From Magallana gigas (lineage: Eukaryota): 64,000 bases of DNA. Position 1 is the first letter of the stretch; each line of letters starts with the position of its first letter. Location: the NCBI RefSeq assembly GCF_963853765.1, contig NC_088855.1, positions 8,308,001 through 8,372,000 on the forward strand, given 5' to 3'. The notes beneath the pieces were generated by a model. The model worked only from the letters and a program-made list of their open reading frames with translations. It was not told where the DNA came from and ran no database searches. Of the stretch, positions 36,601-51,605 are shown one piece after another. A program made the position numbers and the translations under genes.

Positions 36601-39527
36601 ACTGTATAAGAAAAAGTTCAGTGCCTGACAAAAAACATCGTTCACTTGTATCTTACCAAGCCTCCTGCTGATATTGGAGTCTTGGGTTAAAATGAAGTGA
36701 GAGACAGATTTTGCCATGTATTATTCTCTATTTATTTCATTTGTTTATTCTTAAAAAAGAAACATTCTTCAAAGCAATTTCCTTGCCTAACTAAATACAT
36801 TTTCAACTTTGATCTCATCCTAAGTAAAGCAATAACTTGCTTTAGATTCCCATGCTCTTCCAAGAGTTGTCATTTTTGAACCCTGGCCTTAAATATGGGT
36901 TCCGTTTGGTGCAGAATATTTTAAGTATCATAAACAACACAGAGATTATGAAGAGATGTTTATTTGTGTCTCATTTGTGTTTCTCTGCTCTCCAAAAATA
37001 AACACGATTCCTGGAAAGATAAACAAATCTAATTTATTACACAAATGGTTTTGTTTTGCTCCTTATTTAAATTTTTGAAATGAATTCAAGTTTAAAAAAA
37101 AAAAAAATGAATTATAATGATCTGACATGCCCCTGCAATTATAAATATTTGAATCTAAAGAAGATTACCGAAATTTTTCATAAGAATATAAATTTGATAT
37201 TCAAAATTTTGTTTGAAGTTCTGACTTACAAGAAAACCTGTGTATGATGTTAAAATGGTGGGTTTGTAATAGTGCATAAAGAATTATCTATCTACAATAT
37301 GCTATGATATCAAAACAAATATTTCTGTTTTTGATGTTAATTTTTTCAATATCTTATGATAGTAGTGCAGCAATTTTCTTAGTATACAAACATTTGAAGT
37401 TTAATATTTCTGACTTCCTAAGGATGGAAAATTCTTGACATCCAAGAGATGTTAATTTGGTTGACATTCTTGATGTTTAATTGACATTTTATTGGTGTTA
37501 TTTTCTTGGCATTGTAATGATACAGTTTTCTTGATATTTTAAAAATTGTACATAGGGATGTAATTGACTTGACATATAGTATAGGTATCATTGTTTTGGC
37601 ATAAAGTATGGAATGATGTTATAATTTAGACATACTAGAGATGTAATTGTCTTGTCATTATGTGCATATTAATGTCTTAACTTCATTTGGATGTAATTTT
37701 ACTTAATTGGATGTAATTCTAATGACATTCCATTGATGTAATTTCCTTGATATCATATGAATGTAATCTATTCTGTAGTGTAGTCGTAATTTTCTTAAAA
37801 TCTAAGGGATATGAAATTGGCATCATATGGAAGTTGATATCTTGTATGTATGTAATCGTATTGACATCATCACATGTATTATGGGTGTTATTGTCTGGAA
37901 TCACATAGGGATGAAATTTATTGAGAAAAGTGTGATTCTTATGTGTGTTTATTTCTTGACATGCATGGTTGTCTACATCATATGGGTGTTGATTTCTTGA
38001 CTTGCATGGAAGTAATTTTCTTGAAATATGAGAAAATGATAGATTACTCGTAATGAATAAGATTTTCACCTGCAGTTTTTTTAATCTCTACACCTGCGTT
38101 TAGAGGCTGTTGCTCCGTGCAAGGATCATATCTAGTGTTATAATTATCTCTCAGAACAGTGCCATAATTATCTCAGTGCAGGGCCAGTTACATAATACAG
38201 CAGCCCCTGCATTTGACTGTGTATCAATCCCTGTAGCCCAGCCTGCCTGCTTTTATTTGGTATAACTGACTGTGGCTGATGCCCTCTCTGTGATTGATGA
38301 CCCTGTCTGGCAGAGAGCAGCTCTAACTGTGGGTTAATTTCACGTTTTTATTTATTGCAGTGATGACGGGGATGATCTTCAGAAAGATGACAGACAGTTT
38401 CAGGAAAACATCACGTTTGGACAACTAGGGTACTGCGCAATTTAGTCATTCTCTGGTGTCTATGCACTGCCCACACTTATTTAATAAATGAAGGTTCTAA
38501 TTAAATGGTGCATGTTCAAGCAGTAATATGATTAACTTGTTAATCCATAGACCATTTTTTTTCTAAGCAGGTTTTAGACAAATTAACTACCCTAACAACC
38601 AAGTACATCTATTTGATGAAACATTTTGGATTCATTAAAATGTTTTAGATCTGCTAACGTCTGTAGATCTTCATGATTTCTCCTAGCCATATGTTCCCAG
38701 ATCAGCATTACACAATATAAACATCCTAGAAGCTCAAGGCTGTATCTCCATTATCTCAATATTTTTCTGTATACTTCTAGGACGTTCACCTGCAATATGA
38801 GAGCCTTTGGCTTGTCCAGGGATCTTTGTTTAGAATTCCTACGGAAACAATCAACAATTGCCAATCTGAAAAAAGGTACCAGTTCTCAGAAAACTAATGA
38901 TGTGTTGATGATACTCTTGGTTATATTTATAAGGTTTTAGGAGGTGGAATTCCAGAATAAGAGACATTTATGATAAACTGCGAAACAATTAGTGGGTATA
39001 TTTTCTTAATATTTTCTGTATGATTGCAGGCTAGTGCTGTTTTAAGTAAGAACAAGCACAAAATATATGCTAATTTTATTCAGATTCTCTCATAACACCT
39101 TCTACTGTAAGACAATAGTTTATAGTTGGAATCTTATGAAATAGTTCACTCTGTAATTGTGCTTTTAACTATGAGTAAATATATTTCATGATATACATAT
39201 GAGATATTAGCAGTCTTCACCAGACACCTGTTAGAAATACAAGACATTTCATTAGTTTAAAAGTCTGATTACAAGAAAAACTTGACATATGACTATTAAT
39301 GAAGTCATTCTGACCAAAATTATGTAAAAATTTTGTATTTAGGCTCTAGGAGCAGGTACATCTCATGAATATAGGGATACCTTCTGCTCCAATTTCGTTT
39401 TTGTTGATTGTAATTTTGGCAGAATCCTCATTAATTTACTGGTGACTTGCTATTATATATTGTCTTATTCTTTGTAGAGCAAGTACAGATGTTAAAAGAC
39501 AACGTCGATAAAACTCGGGAATCTTAG
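30651..39527 (+). CDS. KIAA0513: KIAA0513-like protein (SBF2/myotubularin-related C-terminal domain), 8 coding exons, 590 aa
   Basis: Exons 30651-31840, 33921-33969, 34563-34607, 34996-35140, 35823-35952, 38361-38429, 38781-38875, 39478-39527, all phase-consistent. Motifs [67 protein letters not shown]. Confidence 0.93.
35960..36165 (+). repeat. Degenerate ~33-40 bp intronic tandem repeat
   Basis: Recurrent atgtcctca..ctc..(a/c)tctgc units. Confidence 0.6.
37420..38050 (+). repeat. Highly degenerate intronic minisatellite (gatgtaatt..cttgac)
   Basis: Recurrent gatgtaatt and ttcttga motifs about every 25-35 nt. Confidence 0.55.
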
Positions 39528-40352
39528 TCCATGATTTCACATTCCAGGAAGGACAACTCATACATTCTGCCGCAGAAGAAGTTAATGGAGAACTTAGGTG
39601 CATACCTGTAGCTTTATTTTGGTTTATAGTTAACCATTTAGTGTACGTTGCATTTATTTTTTGCCAATGTGTATAATTTTTCATTAAATTGGTTATGTTG
39701 TTCAGAAATGCTTTTATATAGAACATGTGTATATAATTGGTCAAGATTGATTCTGAACATTTGCTGTATGTATAAATTTGATACATGGTGTTTTTGTTTT
39801 TTGGGGTTTTTTTTTGTTACAGAGTAGTCTTTACAAAACTATTGTTGTGTCTAAATTGTTCCAACAAATTCAATCATTAGAAAATCATTGGGTATACAAA
39901 GTTATGTTACATCTCCCCTCACCTGTTATAATTTCTATTGAGTACCGGTTTATCATATCACAATCATTATCTTTATTTAAACATTTACAAGTAAATTTGT
40001 TCCACATTTAGCTGAATTTGTAAATATTTTTCAAAATGGTTTTTAGAACTGTCTTTACAAACTTTTGTTGAAGATTGTTTAATTTGTTGAAAACTTTTGT
40101 GATATACAAGAATTGGAAATGTGAAAGTGGTTTGTATATAATTATCTGAACAAAACTATCTCATTATGTTTTATTCAAATCAGAATTATCCCAGTTAACC
40201 TTAACAAAGCAGTACTTGGTACTAGGGTTAAAGTTCTATAGTTGTTCAGGTCCTTTTTTTGGCAGTTGAAATTGTTCATGTTTTGCCTATGTACATCAAT
40301 GATACTCCGATGTATCGGAAACATTTCCTTAGTCTGTTGAGAAATGCTTTTA

Positions 40353-40525
40353 CAGTAAAACATGGTTATAACGAAGTGCCACAGACGGGCGATTTTGCTT
40401 CGTTATTAGCTTAATTTGTTATATCCGTCAAGTTCACACATATAATATAGTCACAGGGAATGAAAATCACTTCGCTGTAAGCATCAATTCATTATAAGCG
40501 TGTTTGCTATAACCATGTTTTAATG
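40353..40525. mobile_element. Tc1/pogo-like MITE
   Basis: TA|cagtaaaacatggttata..tataaccatgttttaatg|TA. Confidence 0.7.
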
Positions 40526-40556
40526 TATATATTAATCTTTTAGCACTGTGAGAATT

Positions 40557-41010
40557 ACAGTCAAACTTCGTTATCTCGAACTAGATGGGACTGTTTAAAA
40601 ACTTCAAGATATATGATCCATTTATGTATAACAAGATTAATATAATTTATAAACAATTTATTGAAACATTCCATATTGGAGACTGGGGACTACTAACTGT
40701 TTACAGCTAAGATTACAAAATGTAAGTAAATGACAAATACTGTCTGAAAGGAAAAAACCCACCCTGTAATCGGGTGACATAACTTCCAACAAAATACATG
40801 GATACTTAGATGACAAAATTAACCCTGTAAAGAGAGTTAAAAATACATACAAATTATCCCCTTAGAAAACATGGGGGGAATTGGTGAAAATTCAAAAATT
40901 TAAAAACAAGACAATGTATTTGAGATATTTGAGGGTAAAATACTCTAAAAATAAGCAGGTTGGACTTACAAATCACTTTGACATATCCACTGTATTCGAG
41001 ATATCAGTAT
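40557..41010 (+). mobile_element. Tc1/pogo-like MITE fragment (related right end at about 35715-35775)
   Basis: tacagtcaaacttcgttatctcgaac start; cgacatatccactgtattcgagatatcagt shared with 35720-35775, which ends gaagtttaactgta. Confidence 0.55.
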
Positions 41011-43592
41011 ATATAAAACAATAACAACAGCGGTGTTCTATTCATAAAATGAGTTTAAAAGGGCTTGATGGTCATGGCCATTTGTAGACTGTATTTATCT
41101 CCTTTAGATGAATTTTGAAGAGCTCTGTATAAAGATGCTAAAAAATAATCAAATTTTAAATCTAAAAAAATGTATTTCTTTTTTAGTAATAAATAGCTGA
41201 TGGCCAAACATAATTTATTGAAATTTTAAAGCAGATCTGATGGATCAATTGTTGACCATCACGCGCCTCCTTAAGGTATTCAATGTATAATGAAGGGATA
41301 TTGAACAATTGTGAATCCTTTTAAACTAGTTAAATATGAATTGCTAGATAACAATAAAAGTGAAATTAACCAAACTCACAAGAAGCCGGTCATTTTGAAC
41401 CTTAAAGTTATAGAGTTATCTCTCCTTGATGAAAAAAAAAAGAAAATTTTAATTTTTTCAAAATATCTGCAATAAATGATTCATTTTATTTCAAATCTAA
41501 ATAAAGAGAAAGTTCATGCATGTATTAACCAAGAGAGTTTTACAAATTTAAGTTACTTTTTACAATATCGTAATAAAACATACGTTGCCCATAGACTTCA
41601 ATGCAAATTTTAACATGTAATTGATTGGACTTTAATCAAAATTTTGAAAATTCCTTTGATGGGGTATTTTTATTAAATAGCACCTTCAAAATGATATCAT
41701 GATTAAGAATATCGGACCATTCATTTATTAGGTACAAAATGTGGTTGTTATACATTGAATACCTTAATACATTGTTGATCTCTCAGGTATCAATTGTTAT
41801 GCAAATTTCTGAATTGATTCAGTTGAAGTATTTCTATTTGTTTGTGAATCCAGCTAAAATGAATGTTTCTAAAATTATTAATGAAGACCTTTTAAGACTG
41901 TTTCATATATGTTATATTCTTATGGCATGTCTGAGAATTAAATTAAGATGTTTATGAGCATCTAGTTATGATTTCAGGTTTTTGTATACAGGTGTTCTTA
42001 AAATTGTTCATGAAACAATTGGGGAAAAGCTTGGTTAAACTTTACCTGTTCAAAATGTAAGAGAAATGTTTATCTTTTTTAATGTTTACAACAGATTATT
42101 TCAAAGTGCAATATCGTTATACATGTATCTATCATCTGTTAACTTTCATAAACCTAAGAGACATTTTTTTCTCTCTACCAGTGAGGTTGTAACGAATGAG
42201 TGCTAGAATTTTTCATATAATTTATGAAAGTCTACAGCAATGTGCTATTTATAGAATGTAGATATTTATTTACAATTGTTAATTTTTACAAAGTTTATGG
42301 TTGGGGTTTTTTTTGTGAATTTTTGTATCATTAAGAAATCCATATATTGGATTGATATCTCGATCATTTGTGATAGAATCTTGGATTTTTTTTCTTTTTG
42401 TTGAAGTTATATATCTCAGTCCCTTCATTTTCTTTATTTTGTTGATTTATATTTCAATTTATTAGTGCTCTTATTATTTATTTTTACTTCAATTGATATA
42501 TACAATATTATATGTTTTGTTGATATGTTTAAGAACCTGTATTTTCTCTCTTTGGCAATATCAAAGAATGAAGAGCTATGTTACATGTATTTACCAATAA
42601 GTACATGCAGGTTTAAATGTCAGAATTTTTTTTTCTCAATATTTACAAAACGTTGATGTTCCTATAAAAAACACATATGAATATTACTGCAGTATCTATA
42701 AAATGATATTTTGTAACTTACGGTACTTCTGTCTCAAAGAGGTGTGAAATATTCTGAGAGCTATATTTGTTTAGACTTTCAATAGATGAGTGTATAATGT
42801 TTTTGAATACTCTAAGAAAGAATTATCCCTATAAGGGAGGCTTCTTTGTTCAGATTGACCTGAAGATTGATGCAAACAGGAATAAGAGATGTGTCAAGAA
42901 TCATATGATCCAATACATTCCAGTTGACTGTGCTTGGCTATCAGCATCAGAACTTTGATATAGCATGTACATTCCATTGGATAATCTTGTTAGCTATGGT
43001 TTTAGTTTTCTTTATTTTTTTCTTTCTTTCTTGCCTATGAAGCTAAAAATCATCCAAGATTGTGTAACATAGTAAGTTCTTTAGATATGTATTCTGTATA
43101 ATTTTGAAGACTTTTTTCGAAACATTAATTTTGTACTCATATAGTAAGATGATTTAGAGTTATCTGAATTTTTTATTTTGGTTATAATAAGTGTTTATGC
43201 AAGTTTAGATAATAATGCAATGATAGTGTATATAAATAATGCAGCGTTAGATTCTCTAGTTAGCCATAGCTGTATGGTAGTAAACCAAATGCAGTAAAAC
43301 AAAGCTATCCTTAAAATGGATGTAAAAGATTTCCGCTTGTAATGTTGTCATCCAACAATTTTCATGAAGTAGGAATACACATAATTCTATAGGAATGTAG
43401 GAAAGAGTGTCTGTAACAGGTAAAACTGACTGCCCTTGGTGCTTGTTGTGAGCCCTGTTTTATTGTGTGTAGTACATGCTTTGCTCACACAGGGAGTCCA
43501 GAGGTATACATGTAGCCAATGTCTGTTGTGTAGACTAGAACTGTAGTGCATCAATACTCAGTGTCACACAATGCAATAAACTCATCAACAGG

Positions 43593-43896
43593 CTATACTC
43601 TTCTTGTCTTATTGAAGCAGAAGCAGTCCAAGCCAAAGTGCATGCAGGATCAAGTGACAGATATATTGCTCTGATTGCATTGATCAATAGAACATCAATA
43701 CTATACTCTTCTTATTGAAGCAGTAGCAGTCCCAGCTAAAGTGCATCTAGGATCAAGTGACAGAGTTATTGCTCTGACTGCAATGATCAATAGAACATCA
43801 ATACTATACTCTTCTTATTGAAGCAGTAGCAGTCCCAGCTAAAGTGCATCTAGGATCAAGTGTCAGAGTTATTGCTCTGACTGCATTGATCAATAG
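43593..43896 (+). repeat. ~103-108 bp tandem repeat, about 2.9 copies
   Basis: ctatactcttctt..gaagcag..aaagtgcat..ggatcaagtg..attgctctga..gatcaatag at 43593, 43701 and 43804. Confidence 0.9.
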
Positions 43897-44269
43897 CTGA
43901 TACATTTACATCAATTAAGATAGAAGTTATCAAAGTTTTACAGTTACCCATTTATTTCTTAGATGGGGGAAATATGATATAACTAATGCTTGCAAATGTT
44001 CCCTTATGAACTGCTAAGATTCGAAATTCTCAAATGACTGTTCAAAAAGGACACTGGAAAATTGATGAAAATAAAAAATATCGGTAGATAATATAGAAAA
44101 TCTTGAACAGTTGTACTGTTTACATGGCATTAAAATTTGATTACATTAAAGTCATCTAGACAAACTTCTGGGCATAGAATGCGGAGAACTCTCTGTTTCG
44201 AGCTGTTGATACATCAGTATGGGCAACTCAGTTTCATTAAGCGCATTACGGTCTTTGATACTCTACTTG

Positions 44270-44540
44270 ACATATCTTTATATGTCGAGAGATGGAAGGA
44301 ATGCTTCTGTTCAGTTCTCAATAGAGAAGATCCTGAAAACACTGCAGAAATTGAAATGGAGCAACCAACAGAATTAGATACAGAATGTTCAGAAATAACA
44401 GAGGAAGAGATCAGACAATATATTAGAAAATTAAAGAGAAACAACAGGATCAGATAACATCAAGGTAGAAGTTATAAAAGAAAGTGAAGACATAAGTGCT
44501 AATCTTTTACACACTCTTTTTAACAAGATTTGGGGAAAGA
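44270..44540 (+). mobile_element. RTE-like LINE ORF2 remnant
   Basis: ERWKECFCSVLNREDP..EITEEEIRQYIRKLK, then ANLLHTLF(NKIW); frameshifted. Confidence 0.65.
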
Positions 44541-45487
44541 AAGTGTCTGAACAACAGAAAAATTCACCTTCTAAATGATCTTGAATTTATTTTCTCAAAA
44601 GAAATCACAAAATTGATATCAAATCAAGGGATAATTTTTTTTTTCTACGAAAGAAATCACAAAATTGATATCAAATCAAGGGATAATGCTTATTTTCAAT
44701 TAAAAAAACCCCAACAAATTCTATGCTTGTAACTGTGTCACAATTTTTTAATTGCATATAAAGATGTACAGCATTACAAATACTATTGCATTATATTTAT
44801 TATGAAATGACATCTAGAGATCTAAAGAATTGAAAAAATAAACAACCATTTCCATTCTTGTTTTGAAAAAAAAATTTCCAAGGCAATTATATAACCACAT
44901 CTAAACATCTAATTTTATTTTTTCTTTGTCTGAAATAGCTCTTTATCCAATAAAACAGCATACACATATAATACTACTAGTATATGATTGTGTAAATATC
45001 AAACAATGATCTTAAAATCACAATCAACACTGGTTTCTCCATTGGTCCCAACAACATAATTTAATTCTAACATGATAAACATGATTGTAAGTAAAGATTT
45101 GAAAAAAGCTTTGAATGTTCTAATATATTGCAAAAATGATCATATTTATATCAAATGGAATGTGTTTTCAAAAATTAAAATAAATATATATTGGTCAAAG
45201 TATCTTGGTGTAGTAAACACTTCAATCTCTGCAACCAAAAGTATCACAGTGATAAAATGACAATGTAAATAAATACCATACACAATTAATCATGTGAAAT
45301 GCTGCATAAAACATTCAGATCATTTCCTCCGGTACATATTATGCCTCAAGGATTTTAGACTGCATAGTACATGTAATACATATAAGAAAATAGACTATCG
45401 TTAAAGAATATCACACAACTGTCAAAGTTAAAAAACAAGGGAAGTAACCCTGTCTTGAGCTTCAATGGACATGGTGATGATGCTATG

Positions 45488-48135
45488 TTACACTTTTTCG
45501 TCTGTATCAAGTCCCTTGTCCTTGTATAGCTGGCTCATAACATCAATCACTGGGGACATTGTATCTAAATAGGCCTCCATATCTTTTATAACCTTAAAAA
45601 AGAAGTAAAATATAACTTTTTGAATAACCTAGCTATTATAAGAGAAAGACACAGTAAGGTGAATAGAAGTTTATTTGTGTGTTTACCTGTTCTTCTTGTC
45701 CCTCCTTTCCAAGTGCCATTTTCAGTAAGTAATCCTTCCTGTATGGAGCAAAACCTGAAACTCCCTTTGATGGAAATAGAATAGAGGGTATTACCAGAAC
45801 AGAACAGAATGACAATATAAACTCTTCAATTCCATTTACTTACTGCTAAAAATGATCAATTTTTAAATTATTTGTACTTGAGAAGGATACATCAAAGGTG
45901 CAATTATCTGATATTTGTGCTTAAAAACAAGAAAATAAGATGAAATAAAATTCTTTGTGATGCCAACAGTTCTTACAGAGAATACTTTCTTGACAATGAA
46001 CCCATGGTATTTCTTCAGTGTTGCCTCATAAGCAGCATTTATGATATGTTTCATGCTCTCCTCTTTACTTCCTTCTCTGTACTCCTTAATCAAAATCTGC
46101 ATGAATGTCCGTAAAAAGTTGAGCCCTCTGAAATCAGAAGAAATGTATTAAATATACATTGTTATATGACCAAATCTGAATTTCATAATAAGTAATTTGC
46201 CTTCACTGTTGTAGACTACTATAAGTAGGATGTAAACTAACAAAAAACTGAAATGGTTTGAGTAAACCATAAAAGCTTAGAGGATTACAAATTAAGTGCA
46301 TGTACATTGTACTTGTTCATAAATTCAACCAATCAGACATACATAATAATCGTTACCTTGTCAACCAAAGTCCTCCTACTTTAGCTAAATCTGTACTTTT
46401 GTTTTCGAATTCATCATCCAACATTGCATTAATAGTTATGAAAAGCTCCTTATTCATTTCATATTTCTTCTGCAATTTCTGTACAAGTGCAAAAAATGTG
46501 ACATTAGTTAAAACATATATTAGATGAAAAAACTTATAAAAAAGGTTTGTTATGTCTGCACAATTTTCATAAAGAGTTACAGCCTTTTATTATTGATAAA
46601 AAAATACCTCAATATTTCCATTTATGTCACTTTTAACTGGGGAAAAAGCTTTTCCAAAGGCAGCTGTAAGTAATTGAAAGATGAGAATATTTATTTTCTT
46701 ATTCAACTGAGAACTTGAAGCAAACAAGTTAAATCTGTATGAAAAGGTAATGATTCATGAACCAGTAAATGGAAAATATTATAAATTACAACTACATATC
46801 CTAAAAAATGAATATCTTAATGCAGTCAATAGTGGTATATGTCACAACTTATTGAAAATGGGAGTGGCTGGAAGTTTAGAGAAAGTGTTGCAGATCCTAT
46901 GTTATTTTCCCTAAAGATGTTGCAAATAAAATGGAGAAATCAAAGTTACAAAATTTTATGTCAGTCAATCTTTTTTTTTTGCATGCTGCATTGTAGAATT
47001 TTATCTGGAAAGTTTGTACTAACTTTAATAAGACCATGATACAAGTTTTAAAATTGTTACACAGACAAATGTTGCAGATTTCACGCTTTATAAAATGGGA
47101 ATCCTCCTTGTTGTTGAAAAAAGGTCCATTTGAAACAAAATTAATTAGAGTCAGACAATTTCTTAAAAACTGTCATTTCCGAATTTCATATCAAAGAGGC
47201 ATATTTTTTAAATCTAACTTTTGGAAAAAATCATTGTTACATTTGAAATCTATAAATGCTATATTAAATTTCCCCACTACAACTCTGACATGACTAGATT
47301 AGTCGAGTACTGCTGATATACCAGTGTGTTTTAAAACATCAAATACAGAATATATATGGTAATCTTCCTAACTGTATTTATGAAAATCAAATGGAGCTTG
47401 CCGTGTTCGATAGAAATGCACATAAATGTTTGGGTATTTTGCCTACATACAGAACATACCTGCAATGTAAATAGAGTCGTCTATGTAATGTGTTTATATT
47501 TAGATATGACTCTTCAAGCGTTACAGATGTTTAAATGTCCTTTCCACATTAGGGAATAATCCCACTTTTTTGCAATACCCAGTTTTGATTAGATTGGGGT
47601 ATACATAACTTGTAAAAGAGTTTATCATGATGTACCACTGAAACCAAATAATTTTGACGGTCAACATTTAGTATCAAAAAGGTATCAAAATATTTTTTTC
47701 TTAAAAAAAATGAGTACCAGAGTATCCTTAAAACAACAAAAAAGCATCCCAGGTTTATAAGCCCCTGAAACCCCCTTTCTCTTTTCAATTATAATCAATT
47801 TATCAATTCTATCTAAAAAGAAATTAATTTCGCAATTCTTTTCATTTCAGCAATGACTTGGAAAAAGGCATGAACATACAAAATACATATATTGGGCAAC
47901 AGAGTGTCATGACAGGATACAGCAGGAATAAGATTGCTGATCAAGCTATATGGCGTGATCGAGTAAATGAAATACCTGTAAACGTGTGCAGCGAACCGTA
48001 CGAAGCTATAATGAAATACTTACAGACCATTTCCACCACACCACGGGCTGCCTCTAGCAGTGCTAAAGTGTCTATTTTCCCGTCGTCACCCGGTACTTCA
48101 AAATGCTTCACGTTGTCTTTACTGAAAAATGTCAT
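45488..48135 (-). CDS. GLTP: Glycolipid transfer protein, 6 exons, 207 aa
   Basis: Exons 48135-48024, 46663-46608, 46478-46357, 46127-45977, 45764-45687, 45592-45488, phase-consistent. Motifs FSPVKSDINGNIEKL, GLWLTRGLNF, AYEATLKKYHGFIVKKVF, APYRKDYL. Confidence 0.93.
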
Positions 48136-49469
48136 GATTCTCTCTTCTAACGTGCCTTAGTTATCGGTTTGTATACATACGGAAAGAATCTCACGGTAAC
48201 TAAAATAAAAGCCAATTACGTTCGACTATTTCAATTCCGTATTGAATCGTTCTTTAAACAGTAATGACGATTTATTTAAAAAAAAAAATAAAAACGTTAC
48301 CAGGGAGAAATCTCCATCTTGTCCGATTGATTATAGAGACGTTCACAATCAATGGAAAAAAATTAGAAAAGCTGGGTCTTGGTACATTAAAAAACTGTAT
48401 GATATATAGGAGATCGGACACGCACAAGATATGAACAATTGTGATATGAAACGGCTTTGTTATAATTAGATTTATTGCAACAAAGGGGGGGGGGGGTGAT
48501 GAACACCAGTGTTCAGCAGCAAATTTGATGAATGTACCTTACTCATCCTCGTACGACCACCGGAGTGGACTCAGGGCCCCTGAAGTCGGGTTCAGAGTAT
48601 TTCCAGTGGTACCAATACCTGTTTGCCAATGGTTACAACTTGTGCCATTGGGCCCATATGTACTTTGAACGAGTTTGCGTAACTAATAATAGGATATTTA
48701 CCAGTGTTTAAAATGGTACTTTAGTGTGGTACCATTGTTAACACTTGCTGATTATTTAGCGGAAAATGTCAAATCAAGATGCAATATTTTGGCCTCGTTA
48801 ATTGATCATTTTGCACCAAGAGCATACATTGAGATATATAATTTGTGTACAGTAAAGTATTTTTTCCTTACATTTTTTCTTCTCCTGCAAAACGTGCGGT
48901 TAAATCTTTGAAAAACATTTCTAGAGTGAGTCATTACTATGCGATTACTAAAATACCATCATATATACACCAAATGATGTTATACCGTTTGTCCAGGGAC
49001 ACATTTGAAAGTCAATGCTATGATTAATGCCAACAACAATCAAAAGGGCCCTACCCCTAGTGTTTAAAAGGTTGTGGAAACTACGTTTAAGAGCTGTTGA
49101 TGTATGTTTTAAAACATATATAAAAGAAAGTTTTTATAGAGTATATTCTTCTTCTTAAAAAAATTAAGGCCGAATAGATAGCCTACATCACAAGCAATAT
49201 ATTGGAGAAAACTTTCGAATGTTTTTGGTGCTTTTGATGGCAGTCCGCGTATTCCAACCAATGGCCCTAAACACCTGCAACTTGCCTTCATATACAGGAA
49301 GAAAGTTTAATCAATTGTATTTTGGTATGTTACAATGGCTTTTTTTGCTTTTAAGAAATTGTTCAGCTACAACAAAATTTAAGGTGGAAAACGCTGTGAA
49401 ATTAATCTGTTGTCTTTAATGCATACACAATATCCGCCATTTTGTGACGTCATAAAACAAGTTACATTG

Positions 49470-49818
49470 CTAGAGCAGTCGCAACTTCTCGGGCCTTTCC
49501 GGCAGGCTCGGATCGAAAAACACCTCGAATGTATTAACATCACCGGATGTTAGAATTTTATACAAAATGGAGTCGCTTCCCATTAAAATAAGTATCGGCT
49601 AGACAGTCTTGTATGTCGCTTCTGTGTTATATTTTAGGGTATATCATTTACTTTAATGAAGTCTAGCTTACATCTCAACAGATTGTAAAATATGTTCTAT
49701 TTATTTCAAGTTTTACAAAAAGGGGGGGTTGTCATGGACGCCTAGGTAATACATTCGAGGTGTTTTTCCGAGCCTGCCGGAAAGGCCCGAGAAGTTGCGA
49801 TTGCTAACAGAGCTCTAG
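49470..49818. mobile_element. ~350-bp MITE with long TIRs
   Basis: gcaacttctcgggcctttccggcaggctcgga..aaaaacacctcgaatgtatta mirrored at 49746-49798. Confidence 0.85.
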
Positions 49819-49944
49819 ATCGTCTGCAGAAATGTCAACCTATGGCATACCAATGGTAAAAAAAATTACCAGTGGTAATTTTTTTCTGCCAGCGGCACTG
49901 AGTACTCTGAACGCACCCGACCGTTTTGAGGAATGTACCTCACT

Positions 49945-50128
49945 CATGCAAGGATCCAAATTTTTTTTCCGAGGGGTGTGGGTGGATCCGAGAGATAATT
50001 TCAAAATTTTCCGGGAGGAGGCCGAGGGAGGTCCCGAGGCCCATTTATCGATAAATTTAATAGGTTTCAATTTTCAAATGATAATGTGCGGGTCATTTTA
50101 AAAAACCTACCGAATGCATCCTTGAATG
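49945..50128. mobile_element. Short MITE
   Basis: catgcaaggatcc / gcatccttgaatg inverted ends. Confidence 0.5.
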
Positions 50129-51605
50129 AATATCAAAGAGTTGTGCAATTGGAAAAATACCCATATAAATGCTCAAAATTACGATAAAAATATATTTATT
50201 GTTTTTGTTTTGATAATATACTCCTCATTATCCTATTTACTTTTGTCATGTACATTTTGCACACTGCTATATGCACACGAAGTCTAATACAAGATTGTGA
50301 TGTTTTTTTAAAAAATATCTACATATGTTTGTTCACTTTACTTATGTATATATGTTAAACCTATATATCGTGGTTCTTGGTAATAAACAATAAAATCCTG
50401 ACTCTTTTGAACGTAATCAAAGGTAGCATTTGTGTGGTTTTTCTTTGTGGCTGTACATACGCCCGCCCCAATTATTCACCCTAATACCCCGTTATTTGCA
50501 ACATACCTGAACATGTATATCATGTAACAATTTATTTCTGACTCATTATTTGTGCATGTCGATGAATTTACATTACCATCGAACATGTTAAATAGAAAAA
50601 ATGGGAGAAAAGTCTAGAAATTTTAGTTCTGTAAAGCTGCTCGTATCAATTATTTTTATAGCTCTTTGTTTAAGGATGACGTTTACTCAGAATGAAAAAA
50701 AATTCCACTGATGATAATGAAAAACCAACTATTGTGTGTTATAGACCTTACATGGTGGTGTTATTCTTCACTTTCAAAAAAGTAGGTCAATGACCTTCTT
50801 TTTGAGTTAATGACAATTGAATAGTTTTTGAAAATTTAAGAAAAATCCATAAAAATTTTATACTATGATTGAGATTTTCTTAATTGTGAAAATAATACAA
50901 ATTGCTTAACTCTTTAACAAATGAATATAGAAATACAGTTTATGAACGGTAGTGACATTAAATACTAAAAATACCAAAAAATATTTCAGTGGAAAACAAA
51001 ATCTAAAAAATTTAGTCCGAATTTCCTCTTTTTTTTGTTAAAAGTCAAACTTTTTCAAAGGCTAATTCCATAATTTAGTAAAAATATCGATATGTTTTAT
51101 CAATAATAATTCATTTAATAAATACTTTTTGTATATAAAACAAATTTTACTTATGGAATTGAACTTTTTAACAATCCGGATTTGAGAACTCAAACCCTGC
51201 GTAAAAAATGTCCTTAATTTAAAAAAAAGTATATTGAACTAATCTTTTGTGTTAAAACATTTGATTCTTTGCTCACAACTTTATTTAATTTGTTTGCTGG
51301 TCAATATTCAAACATATAAGTACATGTAGCTATATTAATAAAAGAAATTCAGAATTGAAAATAAAGTAGATACTTTACATGTACATGAGTTTAATAACAA
51401 TGTTGATCATAAAAGATCGAAATTCATTGACTCTAACAATGGGTGTTCCACACATGCAGTCAGACAGAAATCTACACGCACCGTTTTTCGATTGGTCATA
51501 CAGCGACTGAAACTGACAGGACTGAAATCAGCACGCCTCGTTTATTGATTGCATGGTCGAAACCTACAGCGACCTTAGAAAAATCACGGACTGCACGAAA
51601 TAAAA

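Noticed and set aside
39525-39611. Stop-codon readthrough extension of the KIAA0513-like protein
   Set aside because: An open frame of about 27 codons follows TAG, but the TAG-T context is not a known leaky signal and this length arises by chance.
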